A DNA stretch of 64,000 bases, taken from NCBI GenBank assembly GCA_963793825.1, contig CAWCBE010000009.1:11356-75355 (forward strand). The letters are read 5' to 3'. Source of the stretch: an uncultured Actinomycetes bacterium. GTDB taxonomy: Bacteria > Actinomycetota > Actinomycetes > Streptosporangiales > Streptosporangiaceae. Below the pieces are notes generated by a model. That model did not search any database. It was not told the origin of the DNA and saw nothing but the letters and a program-made list of their open reading frames with translations. Below, in pieces: positions 27,943-38,411 of the stretch. Made by a program: the position numbers and the translations under genes. Within the stretch, counting starts at the first letter, position 1; every line of letters begins with the position of its first letter.

Positions 27943-30287
27943 CCCTCTCGGGCCAGCAGAGACTTATCCGCCACCGAGGCGGGGCGCGCCGCAGGCGTGT
28001 CCCCGCCGAGCCGGCGATGCGCGGGGGGCTGCGGGGGGTCGTCCTCCCGGATCGACACTGCGAAGGCGAGCGGGGTGAGCGCGGTCAGGTCGATGGCCGG
28101 CTCGACCGTCGAGTAGGACTGCACGTTATCCGCGAACACCGCCTTGTGCCCGTTGAACGACCGGTACGGGACGTCGCCGGGGGCGTTGGCGGCGCACGGG
28201 CGCACGTTGGGCACGGTCCCGGTGGCCGCGTAGGAGTTCGGGCCCTCGACGGCCGCGCCGGCCAGGATGGGCGGCCGCCCGTCGCGCGACCCGGCCAGGT
28301 TGGCCACCTGGTGCTGCATGCAGTCCGGGTACACGGTGCCGTCCCCGACGATGAGCGAGACGCCCCAGGCGTTGCTGCCGAGGATGTCGTCCAGCCAGCG
28401 CTGCGCCCAGGCCGCGTAGACCGGCTTCCCGGCCAGCGCGTCGTACTCGTCGGCCATGACCACCAGGCCGGCCCCGTGCGTGGTGGTGTCCCACTGGTCC
28501 CAGGCGAAGCCGAACCCGAACGGGTCACCGGCCGCGACGGCGATGCCCTTCTCGATCTGGCCGCGCAGGTTGGCCATCAGTGACGCTGCGCGGATGCCGG
28601 GCCGGGCGCCCGGGGAGTGGTGCAGCGCCCGGATGAGCTCATAGTCGGCCAGCGCGCTCACGTCGTACATGTTCAGCGTGTCGGACAGCGCGGCCTTGCC
28701 GTGGATCCACTCCCCGGCCCAGGTCGCGGCGTCCCGCAGGTACGTCCGGGCGGAGCGCACCGGGAGTCCCGCAGGCACGCCAGCCCTCGCCGGCGATTCG
28801 CGGGGGGTTCCGGGGGGTCGCCCCCCCGGGCTAGCCGGGTGCTCCAGCGCCAGCGCCAGTTCGGTGGCGCCGAGCATCATGTCGTCCCGCCAGGTGGCCT
28901 CGGGGTAGAAGTCGTACGGCAGCGCGGTCAGCAGCGGGCCCTTCCAGTGCGTGCCGGCCAGCGCGTATACGGTCTCCGCGGAGCGCAGGCAGCGGCCCGC
29001 GTAGCCCGGGTCGGAGGCGCGGAACACCTGGTAGCACAGCGCGAAGTCGGCGGCCAGCCGCCCGGCCAGGTTAGGGCTGATCGGCGCGCCGGGCTTCCCG
29101 GCCCGGAACACCGGCGGGTGCCGGATGTAGGCGTAGCGCGGGTTGCGGCCCTGGTAGCGGTCGTCGGCCTGCGGCAGCCGCCAGATGTCGTGGTCCCCGT
29201 AGTAGTGGCTGTTGGCCTCGCCCACGCCCACCTGGTAGTAGAGCGTCCGGGTCCGCTGGTCCCACATCCGCTGCAGGAAGTCCAGGCCGAACCGGGCCTC
29301 CGCGGTGAAGTCGGTACCGCCGGACCCCGCGCTGGCCGCGGCCCCCATCTGGCCGGGGAACGAGGCGATGCCCTGCAGCAGGATGGCCTCGGTGTAGCTG
29401 GTGGTCTCGACGAAATGCAGGTAGTCCCCGGCATCGAACCAGCCGCCGGTGGCGTTGATCCGGACCCCCGTCGCGTACCTGGCCAGGCTGCCCTGGAAGT
29501 TGCCGTTGCCATCGACCGGCGGGCTCCGGTAGGTCATCGCGCTGGCGTCGTTGAGGTGCCCCGGGGCGGTCCGCAGCGCGCTGCGGATGAAGTCCGGCCC
29601 GTCCCGCTCGTCGCGGTAGAAGGACAGCGCGTTAGCCAGCGGCCGCGCGTACAGCGCACCGGCCGGCCCGATCTGGAACCACGGCGAGGCGGACGCCGGG
29701 TCGCCGGCCACGCCCAGCCGGTACCAGCCCGGGGCGTGCACCCCGGAGAACCGCGCCGCCAGCACCCGCCGGTACCGGCTGCTCCAGGAGCCCAGGTCCT
29801 GACGGGCCAGCCCGGACGCGGCCACCCGGCAGGATCCGGACCGGATCAGCAGCCAGCGCAGCGGGTGCCGCGGCGTCGTCACCGTCATGATCTCGGCCAG
29901 CTTGGCCGCCCCGGACGGGTATCCGACCTGGTCAACCCGGACCGCCACGGCCGGCGCCCCGGCCGCCTTCCGATGCGACCCGGTGGTCAGCACCGCCCGG
30001 CCCGAGGGCTGCGCGCAGATCCGCCGCGCCGCGGCGGCCCCGGGCGTCCCGGCGCCCAGGCCTGCGGCGGCGCTGGCCGGCCCGGCCGGGCCGGCCAGCG
30101 CCGCCGCCAGGCCGACCGTCACCGCGCACGCCCCGACCCCGGCGGCACCGCGCCGGTACCCGCGGCTCAGCTGACCGTCCTGACTATCCCGCCGACCGCG
30201 CCGGTATCCGCGGCTCAGCTGACCGTCCCGACCATCCAGCCGACCGCGCCGGGGCTTCTGCCGCCCGCGCCGAAGATCCATCGGCAC
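27939..30287 (-). CDS. Glycoside hydrolase family 9 (endoglucanase-like) with an N-terminal Ig-like/CelD_N region and a probable Tat/Sec leader
   Basis: 782-aa track ORF. VDQVGYPSGAAK (CelD_N-like), GGWFDAGDYLHF, DHDIWRLP, GAAVEGPN. N-terminus RRGAAGVGACAVTVGLAAALAG. It contains an about 30-aa low-complexity insert (see findings). Confidence 0.8.
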   Translation of the reverse strand: MPMDLRRGRQKPRRGRLDGRDGQLSRGYRRGRRDSQDGQLSRGYRRGAAGVGACAVTVGLAAALAGPAGPASAAAGLGAGTPGAAAARRICAQPSGRAVLTTGSHRKAAGAPAVAVRVDQVGYPSGAAKLAEIMTVTTPRHPLRWLLIRSGSCRVAASGLARQDLGSWSSRYRRVLAARFSGVHAPGWYRLGVAGDPASASPWFQIGPAGALYARPLANALSFYRDERDGPDFIRSALRTAPGHLNDASAMTYRSPPVDGNGNFQGSLARYATGVRINATGGWFDAGDYLHFVETTSYTEAILLQGIASFPGQMGAAASAGSGGTDFTAEARFGLDFLQRMWDQRTRTLYYQVGVGEANSHYYGDHDIWRLPQADDRYQGRNPRYAYIRHPPVFRAGKPGAPISPNLAGRLAADFALCYQVFRASDPGYAGRCLRSAETVYALAGTHWKGPLLTALPYDFYPEATWRDDMMLGATELALALEHPASPGGRPPGTPRESPARAGVPAGLPVRSARTYLRDAATWAGEWIHGKAALSDTLNMYDVSALADYELIRALHHSPGARPGIRAASLMANLRGQIEKGIAVAAGDPFGFGFAWDQWDTTTHGAGLVVMADEYDALAGKPVYAAWAQRWLDDILGSNAWGVSLIVGDGTVYPDCMQHQVANLAGSRDGRPPILAGAAVEGPNSYAATGTVPNVRPCAANAPGDVPYRSFNGHKAVFADNVQSYSTVEPAIDLTALTPLAFAVSIREDDPPQPPAHRRLGGDTPAARPASVADKSLLAREG
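30149..30250. repeat. 48-bp tandem repeat x2.1 at the 5' end of the GH9 gene
   Basis: cgcgccggta(c/t)ccgcggctcagctgaccgtcc... appears twice and encodes DGQLSRGYRRG twice ahead of the signal peptide. Confidence 0.85.
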
Positions 30288-30290
30288 AGG

Positions 30291-31781
30291 CTAGGGCCGT
30301 GGCTTCCCCGGCCACAATGGGCCAGGAAAGTTTATTTCCGGTAATCGCGCGAGCACCTGGAACGTGGCCAGGGTGGGATCGGCGGCGTAGGCGATGCGGC
30401 CCCCGTCGGCCTGGGCCGCACGCAGCGCCTCCAGGGCGGCGGCCGTGATCACCTCGCCGGGCGCGAGCACCGGGACGCCGGGCGGGTATGGCGCCACCAG
30501 CTCGGCACTGATCCGGCCGACGGCGGCCGTGGCGGGCAGCGTTTCGTTGGGCGCGAAAAACGCCTGGCGCGGGGAGACGGCCAGGTCGGGCACGACGGTC
30601 CAGGCGGCGGACGGGACGGGGGTGCGGGCCGCGCCCCGGTGCCGCTCGACCACGGCGATCAGCGCGGCGGTGAACCGGCTCACGGTCAGCTCGTCGTCGG
30701 CCAGCGTGACGATCGGGATGATCGTGTCCCGGTCGGCCATCTCCACCGGCATCCCGGCCGCGATCAGGTCGGCCTCGACCAGGTTGCCGTGCGCGCCGGT
30801 ACCAGCCAGCAGCACCACCAGCTTGGCCGGTTCCACCCCGGGGCCGTCGAGCACGTCCAGGCCGGGCGCCTGGCGGAGCTGTTGTTTCGCGGCGGCCACG
30901 GCGCGCAGCAGCCGGGCGCACAGTTCCTTGCCGTCCCGGGCCAGCAGCGCCCGGGCCGCGTCCATGCTGGCCATGATGGCGCCGGCCGGGCTGGTGGTGT
31001 GGGTGGCCTCGAACGCCCGGTCCAGCCGCGCCGGGTCCAGCGGGCCGGCCCGGGCCAGCACCAGCGCGCCCTGGGTGTAGGCGGGCAGCGCCTTGTGCGC
31101 GCTGGTCACCATGGCGTCCGCGCCGGCCGCCAGCGGGTGCGGCGGGAGGTCCGGGTGGAAGCCGAGATGCGCGGCCCAGGCCGCGTCCACCAGCAGTGGC
31201 ACGCCCGCCTGGTGGGCCGCGGCCGCGTGGCCGGCGATGTCCCCGGTGGTGCCGACGTAGGACGGGTCGCCGAGGAACACGGCGCAGGCGTCCGGGTGGG
31301 CACGCAGTGCGGCGCGGACCGCGCTGACCGGGACCGGGCCGGGCAGCCCGGTGGCCGGGTCGACCTCGGGCAGCACCCACACCGGGTCCAGCCCGGCCAG
31401 CACCAGGCCGAGCAGCAGCGACCGGTGCAGGCTCCGGGTCACCACGATCTTCTGTCCCGGCTGGCCGGCCGCCAGGGCCAGGGCCTGGTTGCCGTGGGTC
31501 GAGCCGGCTACCGAGAACCGGCACCAGTCCGCACCCCACAGGTCCGCGGCGCGGCGCTCCGCCCCGGCCCGCATCGTGTCGGCGTGCTTGATGGTGTCCA
31601 GCCCGCCGTACAGCGGCGCGTCCCCGGCGGTGACCGCGCCGGTGAGGTCGCGGCGCTGCTTGTGGCCGGGCACGCTCATCGGGGTGAGCTGCCCCGCGCC
31701 GGCCGCCGCGGTGAACCGCAGCCAGGCGTCCAGCAGCGGCGCATCCCCGCGCAGCCCCCGCGGGTCCCGCGGGTCAGCCAT
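30291..31781 (-). CDS. Orn/Lys/Arg decarboxylase-family PLP enzyme (OKR_DC_1-like)
   Basis: 496-aa track ORF. ...VPGHKQR...STHGNQALALA...VTSAHKALPAYTQGA (PLP-lysine context SxHK). Confidence 0.8.
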   Translation of the reverse strand: MADPRDPRGLRGDAPLLDAWLRFTAAAGAGQLTPMSVPGHKQRRDLTGAVTAGDAPLYGGLDTIKHADTMRAGAERRAADLWGADWCRFSVAGSTHGNQALALAAGQPGQKIVVTRSLHRSLLLGLVLAGLDPVWVLPEVDPATGLPGPVPVSAVRAALRAHPDACAVFLGDPSYVGTTGDIAGHAAAAHQAGVPLLVDAAWAAHLGFHPDLPPHPLAAGADAMVTSAHKALPAYTQGALVLARAGPLDPARLDRAFEATHTTSPAGAIMASMDAARALLARDGKELCARLLRAVAAAKQQLRQAPGLDVLDGPGVEPAKLVVLLAGTGAHGNLVEADLIAAGMPVEMADRDTIIPIVTLADDELTVSRFTAALIAVVERHRGAARTPVPSAAWTVVPDLAVSPRQAFFAPNETLPATAAVGRISAELVAPYPPGVPVLAPGEVITAAALEALRAAQADGGRIAYAADPTLATFQVLARLPEINFPGPLWPGKPRP

Positions 31782-31802
31782 CCGCCCCCCCAGATTGATG
31801 AT

Positions 31803-31840
31803 GTTGACTTAGCCCACATCCGGATGTGGGCTAAGTCAAC
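31803..31840. terminator. Perfect 38-bp palindrome (gttgacttagcccacatcc|ggatgtgggctaagtcaac); candidate terminator and/or operator
   Basis: Direct reading. It lies 20 bp beyond the choline dehydrogenase stop (31860) and 22 bp upstream of the decarboxylase ATG (31781). It is relatively AT-rich for this DNA. Confidence 0.6.
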
Positions 31841-31859
31841 ATCGCGAACGGCGGCCGGA

Positions 31860-33533
31860 TTACGCGCGGGCGGGCTGGTGCCGGTAGAACTCGACGGGCT
31901 GCGGCGGGAGCGGGGTGTTGCCCAGGATGAGGTCGGCCGACTTCTCGGCGATCATCATCACCGGGGCGTAGATGTTGCCGTTGGTGATGTACGGCATCAC
32001 CGAGGCGTCCACGACGCGCAGCCCGTCCAGGCCGTGCACCCGCATCGTGGCCGGGTCGGTGACCGCGTCCGCGCCGGTGCCCATCTTGGCCGTGCAGGAC
32101 GGGTGCAGCGCGGTCTCCGCGTCCCGGCGCACCCACTCCAGCACCTCCTCGTCGGTCGAGACATCCTTACCGGGGGACAGCTCCCCGGCGTTGAACTCGT
32201 CGAAGGCGGGCTGGTTCAGGATGCGCCGGGTGATCCGGATGGCCTCGCCCCACTCCTGCCGGTCGGTCGGGGTGGACAGGTAGTTGAACCGCAGCGCCGG
32301 GTGCACCTCCGGGTCGCGGGACACGATCCGCACCGAGCCGCGGGAGTCGGAGTACATCGGGCCGACGTGCACCTGGTAGCCGTGGCCCCCGGCCGGCTGC
32401 GAGCCGTCGTAGCGGATGGCGATGGGCAGGAAGTGGTACATCAGGTTCGGGTACCCGACGTCGTCGTTGCTGCGGATGAACCCGCCGCCCTCGAAGTGGT
32501 TGGTGGCGCCCGGGCCGCCCCGCAGGAAGAGCCACTTGGCGCCGACCATGGGCCGGTTGCGCAGCTTGAGCGCAGGCGCCACCGAGACCGGCTGCTTCGA
32601 GCCGTACTGCACGTAGACCTCAAGGTGGTCCTGCAGGTTCTCGCCCACGCCGGGCAGGTCGGCGACCACGTGCACGCCGAGCTGGCCGAGGGTGTCCGCG
32701 GGACCCACCCCGGACAGCTGGAGCAGCTGCGGGGTGTTGATCGCCCCGCCGCACAGGATGATCTCGTCGCCGCGGACCAGCCGGGACGGGCCCCCGCTGC
32801 GGCCGGCTCCGCCCTGGCGGAACTCGACCCCGACCGCGCGGGTGCCTTCGAAAAGGATCTTGGTGACGAAGGCGCGCGTGGTCACCTCGAGGTTGCGCCG
32901 GCTCATCACCGGGTGCAGGTAAGCGCCGGCCGCGCTGAGCCGCCGGCCGCGGTGGATGTTGCGGTCGAACGGGCCGAAGCCCTCCTGGCGGTACCCGTTC
33001 ACGTCCGTGGTCAGCGGGTACCCGGCCTGCTGCACCGCAGCGAAGAACGCCTGGAACAGCGCTCCGTCCGCCGGGCCGCGCTCCAGCACCAGCGGGCCGT
33101 CCCCGCCGCGGAACTCATCCGGGCCGGCCAGGCAGGTCTCCATCTTCTTGAAGTACGGCAGGCAGTGCGCGTAGTCCCAGGCCGCCATCCCCGGGTCGGC
33201 CGCCCACCGCTCGTAGTCCAGCGGATTGCCGCGCTGGAAGATCATCCCGTTGATGCTGCTGGAGCCGCCCAGCACCTTGCCCCGGGCGTGGTAGATGCGC
33301 CGGCCGTTCAGGTGCGGCTCGGCCTCGGACTCGTACCCCCAGTCGTAGAACCGGTTGCCGATCGGGAAGGTCAGCGCGGCGGGCATGTGGATGTACACGT
33401 CCCACGGGTAGTCCGGCCGGCCCGCCTCCAGCACCAGCACCCGGCTGGCCGGATCGGCGGACAGCCGGTTGGCCAGGGCGCTGCCCGCCGATCCGCCGCC
33501 GACGATGATGTAGTCATACTCTGCAGGAGCCAT
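31860..33533 (-). CDS. betA: Choline dehydrogenase (GMC oxidoreductase)
   Basis: 557-aa track [37 protein letters not shown]-terminal HPSCTAKMG...VVDASVMP. Confidence 0.9.
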   Translation of the reverse strand: MAPAEYDYIIVGGGSAGSALANRLSADPASRVLVLEAGRPDYPWDVYIHMPAALTFPIGNRFYDWGYESEAEPHLNGRRIYHARGKVLGGSSSINGMIFQRGNPLDYERWAADPGMAAWDYAHCLPYFKKMETCLAGPDEFRGGDGPLVLERGPADGALFQAFFAAVQQAGYPLTTDVNGYRQEGFGPFDRNIHRGRRLSAAGAYLHPVMSRRNLEVTTRAFVTKILFEGTRAVGVEFRQGGAGRSGGPSRLVRGDEIILCGGAINTPQLLQLSGVGPADTLGQLGVHVVADLPGVGENLQDHLEVYVQYGSKQPVSVAPALKLRNRPMVGAKWLFLRGGPGATNHFEGGGFIRSNDDVGYPNLMYHFLPIAIRYDGSQPAGGHGYQVHVGPMYSDSRGSVRIVSRDPEVHPALRFNYLSTPTDRQEWGEAIRITRRILNQPAFDEFNAGELSPGKDVSTDEEVLEWVRRDAETALHPSCTAKMGTGADAVTDPATMRVHGLDGLRVVDASVMPYITNGNIYAPVMMIAEKSADLILGNTPLPPQPVEFYRHQPARA

Positions 33534-33559
33534 CGGCCCTCCCGGGCTACCCTTCCGAC

Positions 33560-34369
33560 GTGGTGATGCCCGAGACTACGCCCGACGCCCCGCCCGCTGC
33601 GGTCCCCGGAAGCGAGGCCGCACCGCCGGAAGCACCGCCGGAAGCACCACCGGAAGCACCGCCGGAAGCACCGCCGGAAGTATCGCCGGGCCCGGAGGCC
33701 CATCCCGGCGTGGCCGCCTACCGGCAGGCCCGGTTCCGGCTGCCCCCCGGCGCGACCGAGCTGCTGCTCCTCCGGCACGGCGAGTCCCAGGCCGCCTACC
33801 CAGGCAAGCCATTCCCGCTGGTGGACGGGCACGCCGACCCCGAACTAGCTGGCGAGGGCCGGGAGCAGGCCGAGCGGCTGGCCGAGCGGCTGGCCGGCAG
33901 CCGGATCAAGGCGATCTACGTGACCTCGCTGCGCCGCACCGCGCAGACGGCCGCGCCGCTGGCCGCCCGCCTCGGGCTGGTCCCGCAGGTCGAGCCCGAG
34001 CTGCGCGAGGTCAACCTGGGCGAATGGGAAGCCGGGCTGTTCCGCAAGATGGTTGCGGACAACCACCCGCTGGCCGAGCAGATGTGGGCCGAGGAACGCT
34101 GGGACGTCATCCCGGGCGCCGAGCCGGCCGAGGCGTTCGCGGCCCGGGTCGGCGGGGCGCTGCGCCGGATCGCGGCCGCCCACCCGGACCAGCGGGTCGC
34201 CGTGGTCGTGCACGGCGGGGTCATCGCGCAGGCCCTGGCGCTGGCGACCGGCTCACGCCCGTTCGCGTTCCTCGGCGCCGACAACGCGTCCATCTCCCGC
34301 CTGGTGATCACCCCGCGGCGCTGGGTCCTCCGCGGCTACAACGACACCGCCCACCTCGGGCCCGTCTGA
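33560..34369 (+). CDS. Histidine phosphatase family protein (phosphoglycerate mutase-like) with a repetitive N-terminus
   Basis: Track [13 protein letters not shown] (RHG motif), ...[11 protein letters not shown]..., VVVHGGVI. Confidence 0.8.
   Translation: MVMPETTPDAPPAAVPGSEAAPPEAPPEAPPEAPPEAPPEVSPGPEAHPGVAAYRQARFRLPPGATELLLLRHGESQAAYPGKPFPLVDGHADPELAGEGREQAERLAERLAGSRIKAIYVTSLRRTAQTAAPLAARLGLVPQVEPELREVNLGEWEAGLFRKMVADNHPLAEQMWAEERWDVIPGAEPAEAFAARVGGALRRIAAAHPDQRVAVVVHGGVIAQALALATGSRPFAFLGADNASISRLVITPRRWVLRGYNDTAHLGPV
33621..33680. repeat. 12-bp tandem repeat x5 (caccgccggaag) encoding (PPEA)n
   Basis: Direct reading, within the 5' end of ORF 33560..34369. Confidence 0.9.
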
Positions 34370-34378
34370 CGCTTCCGA

Positions 34379-34445
34379 GCCCAGCCCAGCCAGCCGCGCC
34401 CAGCCCAGCCAGTCCAGCCCAGCCGCGCCCAGCCCAGCCCAGCCG
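34379..34445. repeat. cccagc-based short tandem repeats in a convergent intergenic region
   Basis: agcccagcccagccagccgcgcccagcccagccagtccagcccagccgcgcccagcccagcccagcc, starting 10 bp after the stop at 34369. Confidence 0.8.
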
Positions 34446-34577
34446 TACTTTGCACTCAACTTTCCCGGCATAACGTGACAAATCGCTCCCGGAAATGTGA
34501 ATTTGGAGTGCAGAGTCGCCGCAGGCCATGATCGATGTGACAGGTGGTTCTGGTGGTGCGGGCCGGAAAGATGGCGG

Positions 34578-35465
34578 TCACGTCCCGTGGGCGACCGCGC
34601 CGGCCAGCGCGGCCTTGCCGCGGACGACGGGGTTGACCAGGTCGCCGACCTCGGAGATGGAGATCGCGACCTCGTCCCCCGCCTGCAGCGTGAACGGGAG
34701 GCCGGGGACGAGGCTGGTGCCGGTGGACAGCAGTACCCCGGCCGGGAACTCATCCTCGCGGAACAGGAACCCGGCCAGGTCCGCGATCCGCCGCCGCAAC
34801 CCGGACGTCTCCGCCTGGCCGGACCAGGCCACCGCGCCGCGGCGGGTGATGGTCAGCGCGATCGTCAGCGCATACGGGTCCGGGACCTCCCAGGCGGGCC
34901 GGATGCCCGGACCGGCCGCGCAGCCGCCCAGGTAGATCTTGGCCTGCGGCAGGTAGAGCGGGTTCTCCCCCTCGATCGACCGGGAGCTCATGTCGTTGCA
35001 GACGGTGTACCCGATGACCTCGGCGGCCGCGTTGAGCACGGCGCCGAGTTCCGGCTCGGGCACGTTCACCTCGGAGTCGGCGCGCACGTTCACCGGCGCG
35101 CCCGGGCCGGCCACCCGCCAGGCGGCCGACTTGAAGAACAGTTCCGGCCGGGGCGCGGTGTACACCCGGTCGTAGATGTCGGCCGAGTCCAGGCTCTCCT
35201 GCACCCGGGCGTGCCTGGAGCGCTCGTAGGTGACCCCGGCCGCCCACACCTCGGTCAGCCCGTCCACCGGCGCCAGCAGGCTGGCCGGGTCGAACTCGGC
35301 ACTGATCTCCCGCGGGGCCTCCGCGCACAGTCCCTGGATCTCCGCCGCGGGCCGGGCCAGCAGCTCGGCCATGGTGGCGATCCCGGGGACCGGGCGGACC
35401 CGGCGGCCGTCCAGCAGGCCGGCCCGGGCCGCGCCGCCAGGCCCGCGGTACCTGATCAGGTGCAT
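34578..35465 (-). CDS. Fumarylacetoacetate hydrolase (FAH) family protein
   Basis: C-terminal 296 aa of ORF 34578..36386, from ATG 35465. ...EPELGAVLN...[11 protein letters not shown]...STGTSLVPG...[18 protein letters not shown]. Confidence 0.85.
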   Translation of the reverse strand: MHLIRYRGPGGAARAGLLDGRRVRPVPGIATMAELLARPAAEIQGLCAEAPREISAEFDPASLLAPVDGLTEVWAAGVTYERSRHARVQESLDSADIYDRVYTAPRPELFFKSAAWRVAGPGAPVNVRADSEVNVPEPELGAVLNAAAEVIGYTVCNDMSSRSIEGENPLYLPQAKIYLGGCAAGPGIRPAWEVPDPYALTIALTITRRGAVAWSGQAETSGLRRRIADLAGFLFREDEFPAGVLLSTGTSLVPGLPFTLQAGDEVAISISEVGDLVNPVVRGKAALAGAVAHGT

Positions 35466-35576
35466 GCCGGAACGGTACGGCGGGCACCCCGGAAAGGTCA
35501 ACACTTGATCCGACTTATTCATAACTTCATCAGATGAAGTCTTGACGCCCGGCGGGACCGGCCGTACCGTCGGGGC

Positions 35577-36419
35577 ATGACCGCCGCTTACCCGGGCCAG
35601 GCCCGGCACGCCCAGGTGGTACACGCGCTGGGCGCGGCGATCGTCCGCGGCGAGCTCGGCCCGGGCCGTCTGGTGCCCACCGAGGACGAGCTGGTCAGCC
35701 GGTTCGCGGTGGGCCGCTCCGCGCTCCGCGAGGGGGTCAAGGTGCTGGCGGGCAAGGGGCTGCTGGAGAGCCGGACCAGCGCGGGCACCCGCGTCCGGCC
35801 GCGCGAGTCGTGGAACCTGCTCGACCCGGACGTGCTGCGCTGGCGCTACTCGCCGCAGGCCAGCCAGGCCGACATCGCCACCCTGGCCGACCTGCGGGTC
35901 GCGCTGGAACCGGGCGCGGCCCGGCTGGCCGCCGAGCACGCCAGCGCCGCGCAGCGCGCCGCGGTCGCCGCGGCCATGGCCCGGCTGTGGGCGACGGTCA
36001 CCGACAGCGAGCAGTTCGTGCGGGCCGACCTGGCCTTCCACCGGGCCGTCTTCGAGGCCTGCGGCAACGACCTGTTGCTGTACATCCACGATGTGGTCAG
36101 CGTCGCGCTCGGCGCGATCCGGCCGCTGCACACCCACTCGGTGGCACAAAACCGGGAGACGCTGCCCGCCCACCAGCGGGTGGCCGAGGCCATCGGCCGC
36201 GGCCACCACCGGAAGGCGGAGGCGGCGATGCGCGAGGTCGTCGAGCACGCCCGCGCCGACGCGCTCCGCCCGCACGGCACAGACCCGCCCGGCCCGGACG
36301 GCACGGACCCGCACAGCACAGACCCGCCCGGCCCGCACAGCACAGACCCGCCCGGCCCGCACAGCACGGACCCGCCCGGCCCGCACACCGACCGCACCGG
36401 AGGGACGGCGGCATCATGA
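35577..36419 (+). CDS. GntR/FadR-family transcriptional regulator with a repetitive C-terminal tail
   Basis: Track [38 protein letters not shown] (GntR HTH) plus a FCD-like domain. Its stop overlaps the next start (ATGA 36416-36419). Confidence 0.85.
   Translation: MTAAYPGQARHAQVVHALGAAIVRGELGPGRLVPTEDELVSRFAVGRSALREGVKVLAGKGLLESRTSAGTRVRPRESWNLLDPDVLRWRYSPQASQADIATLADLRVALEPGAARLAAEHASAAQRAAVAAAMARLWATVTDSEQFVRADLAFHRAVFEACGNDLLLYIHDVVSVALGAIRPLHTHSVAQNRETLPAHQRVAEAIGRGHHRKAEAAMREVVEHARADALRPHGTDPPGPDGTDPHSTDPPGPHSTDPPGPHSTDPPGPHTDRTGGTAAS
36272..36385. repeat. 24-bp tandem repeat x about 4.5 (cacagcacagacccgcccggcccg) encoding (HSTDPPGP)n
   Basis: Direct reading at the 3' end of the GntR gene. 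Confidence 0.9.
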
Positions 36420-37192
36420 CCGAAACACCCGGCGAGGTGCGCCTGGACGTCCGCGATCAGGTGGCCGTCCTCACCCTCGACCGCCCCGCGAAGCTGAACG
36501 CCGTGACCCCCGCCATGACCGACGCCCTCGCCGGGTACGTTGCCGGGCTGACCGAGAACCCGGAGGTCCGCGCGGTCGTGCTGACCGGCACCGGCCGGGC
36601 GTTCTGCGCGGGCAGCGACATCGCGGGGCTGGCCTCCTACGACAGCGCGTGGCAGTTCGGCCAGCGGCCGGACTACTGCGACGCAATCCGGGCGCTGGCC
36701 AAGCCGGTGATCGCGGCGGTCAACGGGTATGCGCTGGGCGGCGGCCTGGAACTCGCCCTGGGCTGTGACATCCGGCTGGCCGCCGAGGGCGCCACGTTCG
36801 CCGCCCCGGAGATCAAGCTGGGCTGGATCGGCGGCGGCGGGATGTCCGCGCTGCTGGCGCACAGCATCGGGCCCAGCAACGCGGCCCTGATGCTGCTGAC
36901 CGGCGACCCGGTGGACGCGGCCACCGCGCTGCGCTGGGGGATGGTGACCGAGGTGCTGCCCGGCCCGGACCTGCTGGACCGGGCGGTCGAACTGGCGGCC
37001 ACGATCGCCAGCCGGGCGCCGCTGGCGGCGCAGACGGCCAAGCGCACCCTGAGGGCCGCCTACGAGATGGCGCTGGGCCGGGCCATCGACTACGAGCGGC
37101 AGCTGCAGACGATCTGCTTCGGCACGGACGACGCGGCGGAGGGACGGGCCGCGTTCACGCAGCGCCGGCCGCCGGCCTTCCGCGGCCGGTAA
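36416..37192 (+). CDS. Enoyl-CoA hydratase/isomerase (crotonase) family
   Basis: ATG 36416 in the frame of ORF 35810..37192. VAVLTLDRPAKLNAV...VVLTGTGRAFCAGSDI...AAVNGYALGGGLELALGCDIR. Confidence 0.85.
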   Translation: MTETPGEVRLDVRDQVAVLTLDRPAKLNAVTPAMTDALAGYVAGLTENPEVRAVVLTGTGRAFCAGSDIAGLASYDSAWQFGQRPDYCDAIRALAKPVIAAVNGYALGGGLELALGCDIRLAAEGATFAAPEIKLGWIGGGGMSALLAHSIGPSNAALMLLTGDPVDAATALRWGMVTEVLPGPDLLDRAVELAATIASRAPLAAQTAKRTLRAAYEMALGRAIDYERQLQTICFGTDDAAEGRAAFTQRRPPAFRGR

Positions 37193-37201
37193 GGGGGACG
37201 G

Positions 37202-38401
37202 ATGGGGATCCTGTCCGGGTACCGGGTCATCGACCTGACCATCGCTATGGCCGGCCCGCTGGCCGCGATGCGGCTCGGTGACCTCGGCGCCGACGTGATC
37301 AAGGTGGAGCCGCCCGGCGGTGAGTGGCAGCGGCATACCGCCGCGGGCGGGGCGGCCGGGAAGCAGGTGAACGCCTCGTTCCTGTCGCTGAACCGGAACA
37401 AGCGCAGCCTGGCCGTGGACCTCAAATCGGCCGAGGGCCGGGAGATCGTGCTGGACCTGGCCCGGCGCAGCGATGTGTTCCTGCAGAGCTACCGGCCCGG
37501 GGTGGCCGAGCGGCTCGGCATGGACTACGAGTCCGTCCGGGCGGCCCGCCCGGACGTCGTGTACGTGTCGATCTCCGGGTACGGCGAGAACGGCCCGTAC
37601 GTGAACCGCCCCGGCCAGGACATGCTGCTCCAGGCGATGAGCGGGGCCATGCTCAACGTGGGCCGGGCCGGCGACCCGCCCGCCCCGGCGGGCACCTACG
37701 CGGTGGACGCGATCACCGGGTACGGCGCGTTCGAGGGGGCGCTGGCCGGGCTGCTGCACCGGGAGCGGACCGGCGAGGGCCAGCTGGTCACGGTCAACAT
37801 GCTCGACTCGGCCATCGCGGTGCAGGCCCAGGAGCTGTCCATCTTCACCGTCGGCGGCGTGCCGCAGCACCGCGGCCGCGAGCCGCACGGGCACACCTAC
37901 ATCCGGGCGCCGTACGGCACGTTCGCGACCGCGGACGGGTACCTGGCGCTGGCCTTCCCGCACCTGGCCGACCTCGGTGAGCTGCTCGACATTCCCGAGT
38001 TCGCGGCGATGCAGGACGAGGTGGACGGGCACGCCCGGCGGGACGAGATCACCGCGCTGGTGACGGCCCGGCTGACCGGGCGGACCACCGCGGAGTGGCT
38101 GGAGCTGTTCGCCTCACGGGGCATCTGGGCCGGCCCGGTGTACAGCTACGCGGACGTGCTGGCCGACCCGCAGGTACAGCACAACGGCTCGCTGGTCAGC
38201 TACGACCATCCCACCGAGGGGCGGGTCACCACGCCCGGGTTCCCGTACCAGTTCAGCGCGACCCCGCCCGAGGTGCGCCGTGGCGCCCCGCTGGCCGGGG
38301 AGCAGACCCGGGAGATCCTGGCCGAGCTGGGGTACGACGAGGCGGCCGTGGACGGGCTGGCCGGGCGCGGCGTGGTCACCGCACCCCGGCCGGCCGCCTG
38401 A
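37202..38401 (+). CDS. Family III CoA-transferase (CaiB/BaiF)
   Basis: 399-aa track ORF. GYRVIDLTIAMAGPLAAMRLGDLGADVIKVEPP...SLNRNKRS...GQDMLLQAMSG. Confidence 0.9.
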   Translation: MGILSGYRVIDLTIAMAGPLAAMRLGDLGADVIKVEPPGGEWQRHTAAGGAAGKQVNASFLSLNRNKRSLAVDLKSAEGREIVLDLARRSDVFLQSYRPGVAERLGMDYESVRAARPDVVYVSISGYGENGPYVNRPGQDMLLQAMSGAMLNVGRAGDPPAPAGTYAVDAITGYGAFEGALAGLLHRERTGEGQLVTVNMLDSAIAVQAQELSIFTVGGVPQHRGREPHGHTYIRAPYGTFATADGYLALAFPHLADLGELLDIPEFAAMQDEVDGHARRDEITALVTARLTGRTTAEWLELFASRGIWAGPVYSYADVLADPQVQHNGSLVSYDHPTEGRVTTPGFPYQFSATPPEVRRGAPLAGEQTREILAELGYDEAAVDGLAGRGVVTAPRPAA

Positions 38402-38411
38402 GGGCACGGCA

